A DNA stretch of 63,497 nt, counting the filler, from Octopus bimaculoides (Eukaryota), in assembly GCF_001194135.2 (NCBI RefSeq). It is 8 parts of 6 records of this genome, joined end to end, with 100 filler letters (N's around TTAATTAATTAA, not from the genome) between each part and the next. Parts side by side here need not be neighbours in the genome. Positions count along the whole stretch, not along the records: positions 1 to 15,020 come from NC_068999.1; positions 15,121 to 17,113 come from NW_026370787.1; positions 17,214 to 20,140 come from NC_068983.1; positions 20,241 to 35,960 come from NC_068986.1; 4 more parts are not named here. One strand, given 5' to 3'. The notes under the pieces are model-generated. The model worked only from the letters and a program-made list of their open reading frames with translations, was not told where the DNA came from and made no database searches. Both the position numbers and the translations under genes were made by a program. Within the stretch, counting starts at the first letter, position 1, and every line of letters begins with the position of its first letter. This document shows, one piece after another, positions 12,470 to 20,499 of this stretch.

Positions 12470-13476
12470 CAGCTTCTCGGATTACCACCCTTGCTAGCTA
12501 TGCAGAGACAGAAAAAGTCTCTCAGAGGATGCAGCACCCTGGAGTTGTTGCGCACCTTCAACGGGAGGTGGATGCAATATACAGATGGGCTGAGGAAGGT
12601 AGCATACCTTTTAATGCTGCAAAGTTCAAAGCCCTGCGCTGCCAACACACGAAACTCAATAGAAAGCAAATCGAATACGCTGGCCAAGAAAGATTGCAAT
12701 CTTTGAATCTAAATCCGTGCGCAACTCGGGCATCGACATGAGTAATGATGCACTTTTCCAGGTCCATATTTCTATGTTAATAAAAAAAAAAACGCAGACG
12801 GTTGGCCGGATAGATCCTCCGAACTTTCAGAACGAGCGAGCGGGAAACCATGATGAAAATCTGGATGGCATTTGTCCTCAGCCATATGGATGATTACTCC
12901 CAAATGTGGTCACATCACAGTGTAGAATTAACGACGGAACAGGAGGCGATCCAGCGAAACTACACAAAAAAGATCGTGTCAATGCGACATGCCAGCTACT
13001 GGGTGAGACTGAAAATGTTAAGACTTTATTCCCTAGAACGAAGGCGGGAAAGATATGCAGGTGCATATATCTTGAAAATCCTAGCAGAACTCTACCATAC
13101 TTTGGTACTGCCAGTTACACAAACAGCAGGACGAGGTGTCTCTGCATGGTACCTTAAATACCAACATTGCCATCAGGATACAGGATCAGATACTACAACG
13201 GCCTGGGTTTCAAGGGCCCACAGCTCTTCAGTATCCCTCCTCAAAAACCTATACAGGTTGGATGTAGGCGTCTTCAAAACAAAACTGGCTCTCCTGTCAA
13301 GAGTTCTGGATGAACCTATCTCGCGGCAAGAAACGCAGATGCGAGCAGCAACATCAAACTCCCTCATTCTCTAAATTCCAGAAATCAGAGTTCGTTTACT
13401 GAAAATGTAGCAAAGTAAACGGTGGTGCCCCAGGATGGCCGCATCTCTTGAGCTGAAACTAGTCAAAGAAAAAGGA
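12470..13476 (+). mobile_element. 5'-truncated CR1/L2-group non-LTR retrotransposon (LINE) 3' end, pseudogenised
   Basis: SYAETEK (decayed YADDTK), HLQREVDAIYRWAEE..FNAAKFKALR, FVLSHMDDYSQMWS and YWVRLKMLRLYSLERRRERYA are typical RT C-terminal and post-RT motifs. Frameshifted. Ends in a 3' tail at 13420-13476. Confidence 0.9.
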
Positions 13477-14224
13477 TCGGAGATAAATCATATCGCCACA
13501 CGCACATATTTTGTATGCTATAAGCGTATAAGCTATGGACTGGCAATATGATTCATCTCCGATACTGTTCGGGTATGTGATATCGATAAGCCACAAAGAA
13601 TGGCGAATCAATCCTAGATGGGATTAGGGGTGGGTTATCTCGCCTGTCCATGACTTTCAGTTGTGTTAACACCCGGGTTTTGAGAGAGTATTCGCCGCCG
13701 TACCATGTTGCAGCCTACCGGCAAATACTCGGATGGTGTGCGGTGAGTATATGTGGGCGATAATGTTTAACACACACGAAAGCACAAACAAGCACACACA
13801 CATATACATATATATATAAACATAGCTCTACTAACCTCCTATGTGTGGAACATCCTGTCTATGTCTACTATGGAGTATAAAGTATCATAAAAACCGTATT
13901 TATCGAATTCCATTAAAATATATTCATGATATTATATATATATAATCTATTTTCGTAATGGTTTAATCTCGAAGCAGATAAATCTATAAATAATAGCACC
14001 TAGATATTGGGTTAGAAAGCATTCTCTATATTCAAAGGGGTTATATTTAAGCTCTTATTTATAGCTACATCTGCTTCGAGGTTCACCATTCCAAAAAGGA
14101 TTATTTCACGCTCTTTCTCTCTCTCTTTTTCTCCCTCCCCCTTCTCTTTCCCTCTCCCTCCTCTGTCCCTCTCCCTCCCTAAATTATGTTATGTATACTT
14201 TGTGTGAATATATATATATATATT

Positions 14225-14498
14225 CTTTCATTCTTATACGTGTTCCAGTCATTTGACTGCGGCCATGCTGGAGCACCGCTTTTAGTCGAGCAAATCGACA
14301 CCAAGACTTATTTGTAAGCCTAGTACTTATTCTATCGGTCTCTTTTCACGAACCGCTAAGTTTCGGGGACGTAAACACACCAGCATCGGTTGTCAAGCGA
14401 TGTTGGGGGCGGGGGACAAACACAGACACACAAACACACACACACGCGCACATAAATATACATATATACGACGGGCTTCTTTCAGTTTCCGTCTACCA
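14225..14498 (-). mobile_element. SINE family A, 3' two-thirds (cut by a gap)
   Basis: cagtcatttgactgcggccatgctggagcaccgc...gaaccgctaag...gggcttctttcagtttccgtctacca; near-identical to 46294-46682. Confidence 0.92.
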
Positions 14499-14981
14499 NN
14501 NNNNNNNNATATATATATATATATATATATATGATGGGTAGATTGTTCTTCTAATCAGCAAACTTTGAAGTTAGTATATATGATAGTCTAAGCTTTTATA
14601 AAAGCTAATATTCTTGACATCCTGCTAGGGGCTAAGACCGCAAATGTCACGAGATTGCCACACTGGCTTTAATATCGTCATAGAAAATGCTTAATTATTG
14701 TTTATTCACCATGACCGTGTCTCATTTGTTAATAAGAGTTAGAAAATGTACATGATTAAGAAAACATATACAGCTTCAATTAGGAAAATGAACACGTGTA
14801 ATGGTGAATAAACACTCCAAATTCCTGTTTTGATATTATTACTCTACATAAAATGTTTTCAAATATTTTCAACTCCTACGCATACCTCACCCAAACACAA
14901 GACCTACTCCATACGGATTTTGAAAACTGAAATTAGCAGATATGCTTCAAAACGATACAGCGTGGATTTTACCCTACTTAG

Positions 14982-15020
<39 letters not shown>

Positions 15021-15064
15021 NNNNNNNNNNNNNNNNNNNNNNNNNNNNNNNNNNNNNNNNNNNN

Positions 15065-15076
15065 TTAATTAATTAA
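15065..15076. other. Artificial scaffold linker TTAATTAATTAA in a 100-nt spacer
   Basis: Exactly N44-TTAATTAATTAA-N44. The same 12-mer inside N runs recurs at 17158, 20185, 36005, 53493, 59062 and 61653. It carries stops in all six frames. Confidence 0.95.
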
Positions 15077-15120
15077 NNNNNNNNNNNNNNNNNNNNNNNN
15101 NNNNNNNNNNNNNNNNNNNN

Positions 15121-15768
15121 GAAAGTGCGAGGAATATTAATGCAGTATATGGGGATCGGGCAATAAGCGTTAGCCAGTGTCAACGGTAGTTCCAAAATAC
15201 CGATCCGGAAACTATAGCTTAGAAGACGAGCCTCATCCTGGAATATCTGTAGAGCACAATGAGGGCGTCCTACAAACCCTTGTGGAACAAAATCCCATTG
15301 TATCTGTGGATGGACTAGCAGAGGAGTTTGGATTTGGTCATTCAACCATTCATTGACACCTGCGTGCCATCGGAAAAGACAGCAAATTGAGTCGTTGTGT
15401 TCCTCATATACTTTCCGTATTTAATCGCGCTCAGAGAGTGAATGTGTGCTCTTCTTTGCTGTCATGTCTCACGAATGAACCTTTTTTGGACCGAATAGTG
15501 ACTAGTGACGAGAAATGGGTTCCCTATAAAAATGTCAAGCGCCGTAAAAAATATGAATTCTGTAGACGAGATCAGAACAATACTGAAGAAATACTTTTCG
15601 TCAAGGACAAGTGAATCTTGGAAGAGGGGTTTTGCATATCTACCAGATAGATGGAAGAGTATTGTAGAAACTGAAAGAAAGTATATTTTAGATTAAAAAG
15701 GAAATTTATGTTAATTTCAAAATATAAAAGAAGTATAAAAAAACTGTATTATTTATGGGATGACCCAA
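15121..15768 (+). mobile_element. Mariner (DD34D-type) transposon fossil, internally deleted, with right TIR
   Basis: SLEDEPHPG, HSTIH*HLRAIGK, RCVPHIL and FLDRIVTSDEKWVPY (first catalytic D), then a jump to the C-terminal WKRGFAYLPDRWKSIVE..KYILD*. Ends in ttatttatgggatgacccaa. Confidence 0.9.
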
Positions 15769-16519
15769 AACACNNNNNNNNNNNNNNNNNNNNNNNNNNN
15801 NNNNNNNNNNNNNNNNNNNNNNNNNNNNNNNNNNNNNNNNNNNNNNNNNNNNNNNNNNNNNNNNNNNNNNNNNNNNNNNNNNNNNNNNNNNNNNNNNNNN
15901 NNNNNNNNNNNNNNNNNNNNNNNNNNNNNNNNNNNNNNNNNNNNNNNNNNNNNNNNNNNNNNNNNNNNNNNNNNNNNNNNNNNNNNNNNNNNNNNNNNNN
16001 NNNNNNNNNNNNNNNNNNNNNNNNNNNNNNNNNNNNNNNNNNNNNNNNNNNNNNNNNNNNNNNNNNNNNNNNNNNNNNNNNNNNNNNNNNNNNNNNNNNN
16101 NNNNNNNNNNNNNNNNNNNNNNNNNNNNNNNNNNNNNNNNNNNNNNNNNNNNNNNNNNNNNNNNNNNNNNNNNNNNNNNNNNNNNNNNNNNNNNNNNNNN
16201 NNNNNNNNNNNNNNNNNNNNNNNNNNNNNNNNNNNNNNNNNNNNNNNNNNNNNNNNNNNNNNNNNNNNNNNNNNNNNNNNNNNNNNNNNNNNNNNNNNNN
16301 NNNNNNNNNNNNNNNNNNNNNNNNNNNNNNNNNNNNNNNNNNNNNNNNNNNNNNNNNNNNNNNNNNNNNNNNNNNNNNNNNNNNNNNNNNNNNNNNNNNN
16401 NNNNNNNNNNNNNNNNNNNNNNNNNNNNNNNNNNNNNNNNNNNNNNNNNNNNNNNNNNNNNNNNNNNNNNNNNNNNNNNNNNNNNNNNNNNNNNNNNNNN
16501 NNNNNNNNNNNNNNNNCAG

Positions 16520-16960
16520 CATTAATCAAATCTTCCTGCCACAACGACGACTACAACAACTATGGCCACCACCAAAAACACCACAACAATCACGAACATC
16601 ACCCACAACAACAACAACATCATCAATACTCTGAACGTCCACTCTTAACACCGCCATCGCTATAACGAGAATTATCTGCTTCTATGATCACCGCCATCAT
16701 TTCCCACCACCACTACATCACGCCCTCCCCCAATAACATCACCACCATCGGTGTTACCATCGCTATCATTATTACAACCTCCACCACCACTCTTATTACC
16801 ATGAGCCCTCCGCCGACGGCTTCGGCTTCGTCTCCGCTCCACTATCGTCCTCACTCTCTCCATTAACATCTTTCCACTGATATCTCTACAGCACCCCACC
16901 ACCACCATCACCGTCATAACGGCAACAACAACAACTAATACTACTACTGCTACTACTCGT
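16520..16960. repeat. CAC/CAT/CAA-rich low-complexity region
   Basis: Degenerate triplet runs; no recognisable domain. Confidence 0.7.
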
Positions 16961-17071
16961 GTCACATCCGTCAGTTTTCACCCACATCACACTCCTGTCA
17001 GCTGACTAACTCTGTACGGATGATAAATTTTCTCGGCTACATCGCTGAAATCTGACAACTTCTATGCTATC

Positions 17072-17113
<42 letters not shown>

Positions 17114-17157
17114 NNNNNNNNNNNNNNNNNNNNNNNNNNNNNNNNNNNNNNNNNNNN

Positions 17158-17169
17158 TTAATTAATTAA
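17158..17169. other. Artificial scaffold linker
   Basis: TTAATTAATTAA inside an N run. Confidence 0.95.
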
Positions 17170-17213
17170 NNNNNNNNNNNNNNNNNNNNNNNNNNNNNNN
17201 NNNNNNNNNNNNN

Positions 17214-17370
17214 GTTGCTCGAAAGATATCATGTGTCGCCCGCACATGAGCCAGTCCAGGGGCACTGGCAACGATCCCGCTCGAAAGATTTCATGTGTCG
17301 CCCGCACATGAGCCAGTCCGGGGGCACTGGCAAACGATCCCGCTCGAAACATTTCATGTGTCACCCGCAC
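17214..17370 (-). repeat. 62-63 bp tandem repeat (about 2.5 units) homologous to RTE 3'UTR modules
   Basis: Unit gctcgaaagat(a/t)tcatgtgtcgcccgcacatgagccagtcc(a/g)ggggcactggcaacgatccc starts at 17217, 17279 and 17342; matches 20030-20085. Confidence 0.85.
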
Positions 17371-18521
17371 CCAATGAATAACCAATAAGCTGTTTTGACT
17401 TCTGAGGAAATTCTCAGAGCCATCATCAAACCAGAAATGTTCTTGCAATAAACCAAACCCAGTTGATTATGTGTGTCAAAAAGGTTAACAAATTTCTTCT
17501 CTCGGTGCCTGTACACTGTTGTTTTGATTCCTTGGGCTAAGACATCAAATTCTCTGGACAATGTTCCAGTCAGGTAAGTATCATCTTGGAAAGTCCGAAC
17601 TTTTGAACAAATGATCCACTTGTTCTGGACTTATTTTAGGGCATGAATGAGGACTTTCAAAATCCTTGTTATCCATTTGGTCTTCACATCCAGAATCATC
17701 ATCTGACTCATTCAATTGCTGAGTTTGGAACAAGAGGAATTTCATCTTCATATGGCTGTGGTCTTATGGCACAGGGCAAATTAGGATACTTGATATACTT
17801 TGCAGTTTTCTAATTGAATTACTCAACATTAGCAATACAAAAGTAGTGATCAGTAGAATGGTTGCTTTGTTCTTGTTATACCATTGGAATGGCAAATGGC
17901 ATTTGCTTCAGCCTGCCACAGGACTACAGAGAAAGCTGATCACTGCAACCTTTGCATACAATATATGGAGCAAAAGATTTATCATGGTCTTCAGGTTTCA
18001 TTTTGAAGTAATCCTTGTATCTTGCTTGTATGAGTGGTGTGAGGTTCCTCCAACAGTTTTCAAATGCATATTCTCCACAGATGTAGCAAAAGTGATCTGG
18101 GTCATTACAACCACACAAATTGAAGCAAATTGAAATGGAGAAATAAAAAACAGCAGTACACAGTGAACAGAGCAATTACTAATTTGATGCAACAAGTCAC
18201 AATAACATCCAAAACATGCATTTAAATCAAAGTGTTCTAAAAACAGACATGACCTAATATGCATTATATCTACTTTTACAGCTCTCTCATTAAAGGCTAC
18301 CACAAAAAGAACAATTCTTGAAAGACAAGTAGGAATATTTGATGTACTACATATGCTACATTACATTTCTGTAAATATAGAGGTATCTTGTAGATCAAAA
18401 TCTACATGTGATGGAGCATAACTAACTTCATATTCAGAAAGAGCACTCTAAAATTAGCTAAAAATCACTATCAACATCTATCTCTTGCTGAAGAAACAAT
18501 TTTTCATTCTATCATGCAGTG
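17371..18521 (-). mobile_element. Chapaev3-type (CMC superfamily) DNA transposon, 5' half, decayed
   Basis: Minus-strand remnants CNDPDHFCYICGE...DHDKSFAPYIVCKGC, PFAIPMV*QEQSNHSTDHYFC, YPNLPCAIRP and YRHREKKF..LVYCKNISGLM..YWLFIG (Chapa-like Cys/His finger, then the region before EWRLFID). Terminus CACTGCATG at 18521. Family name is from motif recognition. Confidence 0.75.
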
Positions 18522-18534
18522 AAACCTTCAAAGT

Positions 18535-18564
18535 TGTGCAGTCTAATGACTAAAACAAGTAAAA
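18535..18564 (+). mobile_element. Isolated SINE family A tail fragment
   Basis: gcagtctaatgactaaaacaagtaaaa matches the family A tail at 25/27 nt. Confidence 0.65.
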
Positions 18565-18626
18565 ATTAAAATTAAACAAAACATGAAATTAAAAAATGAA
18601 AACAAATAGTGGAAAAATGATTTATA

Positions 18627-18785
18627 TCATTTTTTGCTTTCAATCATTATAACATGGTAACCAAACTTAGTTTTCACAGGAGGATCTGTATAAACAGGAG
18701 AATTTACACAACTAGGTGTGAGAGCAAAAGCTGCCTCCTGGAATGGTCCAACCATGCTTCCACGAGTCATCCAACCAAGGTCACC
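18627..18785 (-). CDS. PIN4: PIN4 (parvulin-14 peptidyl-prolyl cis-trans isomerase), last coding exon
   Basis: Phase-0 acceptor tttttctgattccag|GGT. 159 nt translate to [52 protein letters not shown], matching the PIN4 C-terminus from an exon boundary that, as I recall, is also used in vertebrate PIN4. Upstream exons not found in readable sequence. Confidence 0.95.
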   Translation of the reverse strand, partial: GDLGWMTRGSMVGPFQEAAFALTPSCVNSPVYTDPPVKTKFGYHVIMIESKK

Positions 18786-19211
18786 CTGGAATCAGAAAAA
18801 GAAGAAATCTATGAAACTCACAAAACATAAAATAATTGAATGGAGAGGGTGTTCAACTCAATCACCAAAACAAATTGTCCCTACTATAGAAATCAACCTT
18901 GTACTTTTTCAAAAGAATTTAATACTATTTCATATACCTATAAAAAATTCCATCAATTGCTCATTTTACAATAATAGTTTTATAGAAATTTCTGTTAACA
19001 GAAAAGTAGCTTTAGTAACTTCAGCAATGAAGAAATTAGCAGTGTAAGCATCATGAAGCAAACATAAATGAAGTAAAACAGATATTACCTGGAATTACAA
19101 TGATATTTCAGACACAGCTAAATAAAAGTGTACCTCCTACTTGACACAGCAGGCAAATAAAGCTGTACCAACAAAAAATATTTTATGCCACCAGAATTCA
19201 GGCTTGTCTCT

Positions 19212-19606
19212 TTTATCACTTTTACTTGTTTCAGTCATTTGACTGCGGCCATGCTGGAGCACTGCCTTTAGTCGAACAAATCGACCCCAGGACTTATTCT
19301 TTGTAAGCCTAGTACTTATTCTATCGGTCTCTTTTGCCAAAACGGTAAGTTACAGGGACGTAAACACACCAGCATCGGTTGTCAAGCGATGGTGGGGGGA
19401 CAAACACAGACACACAAACACACATACATATATGTATACATATATACAATGGGCTTCTTTCAGTTTCCGTCTACCAAATCCACTCACAAGGCTTTGGTTG
19501 GCCCAAGGCTATAGTAGAAGACACTTGCCCAAGGTGCCACGCAGTGGGACTGAACCCGGAATCATGTAGTTGGTAGCAAGCTACTTACCACACAGCCACT
19601 CCTATA
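19212..19606 (-). mobile_element. Full-length SINE family A in the PIN4 last intron
   Basis: Tail ttttacttgtttcagtcatttgactgcggccatgctggagc through head gctacttaccacacagccactcctata; several CpG transitions. Confidence 0.93.
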
Positions 19607-19780
19607 ATATTTAAGAAGATAACTGGATGATGGTTTCATTGTTCAATCTTTCAAGTATAGAGTAACAAAGATGTTTACAGAGAAATGAATGAAGTCCATA
19701 CAGTAGCCACCATAATATAAGGGTCAGTAAGAACAAGTGTATTGAAATATTTATTATAGAAGATTATTGAAACATTGAGA

Positions 19781-20140
19781 TCATTATCATCATCATCGTC
19801 GTTTGACGTCCGCTTCCATGCTAGCATGGGTTGGACGATTTGACTGTGGACTGGTGAAACCAGATAGCTACACTAGGCCCCAATCTGATTTGGCAGAGTT
19901 TCTACAGCTGGATGCCCTTCCTAACGCCAACCACTCCGAGAGTATCGTAGGTGCTTTTACGTGCCACCGGCATGAAGGCCAGTCAGGCGGTACTGGCAAC
20001 GGCCATGCTCAGAATGGTGTATTTTACGTGCCACCTGCACAGGAGCCAGTTCGGCGGCACTGGCAACGATCTCACTCGAATGTCTTTACACGTGCCATCT
20101 GGCACAAGTGCCAGGAAGGCGATGTTGGGCACAGGTGCCA
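19781..20140 (-). mobile_element. RTE-clade LINE 3'UTR with (GAT)n tail (cut by a gap)
   Basis: Reverse complement matches 62490-62916 (ggaagggcatccagctgtagaaac; gcatggaagcggacgtcaaacgacgatgatg). Confidence 0.85.
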
Positions 20141-20184
20141 NNNNNNNNNNNNNNNNNNNNNNNNNNNNNNNNNNNNNNNNNNNN

Positions 20185-20196
20185 TTAATTAATTAA
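20185..20196. other. Artificial scaffold linker
   Basis: TTAATTAATTAA inside an N run. Confidence 0.95.
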
Positions 20197-20397
20197 NNNN
20201 NNNNNNNNNNNNNNNNNNNNNNNNNNNNNNNNNNNNNNNNATATATATATATATATATGCACACACACATAGATAATTGCATATATCTGTATTTATTTAT
20301 CTATCTATCTATTTATCAATCTGTCTATCTGTTTCTTTGTCTGTCTGTCTCTTTCTTTCTATTTACCTATCTATTGATCGATTTGTATATCTGTTTG

Positions 20398-20437
<40 letters not shown>

Positions 20438-20467
20438 AGATAAACTTACTTGGAAATTATATGTACA

Positions 20468-20497
20468 TGACGTCACATATATGTGTACATGACGTCA
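20468..20497. promoter_or_regulatory. Two perfect CRE palindromes (TGACGTCA) in a short direct repeat
   Basis: TGACGTCA at 20468-20475 and 20490-20497, each within gtacatgacgtcaca. Function untested. Confidence 0.3.
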
Positions 20498-20499
20498 CA

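Noticed and set aside
15708-16665. Long ORFs in the supplied track spanning N runs (also near 27.7, 30.8, 37.0, 41.0, 49.2, 54.2 and 59.3 kb)
   Set aside because: Open only because N codons translate as X.
17214-17370. CRISPR-like appearance of palindromic repeats
   Set aside because: The units are contiguous with no unique spacers, there are no cas genes, the context is eukaryotic, and the unit matches the RTE 3'UTR.
17571-17579. Strong plus-strand donor cag|gtaagt
   Set aside because: It lies antisense within the Chapaev fossil and has no convincing upstream acceptor.
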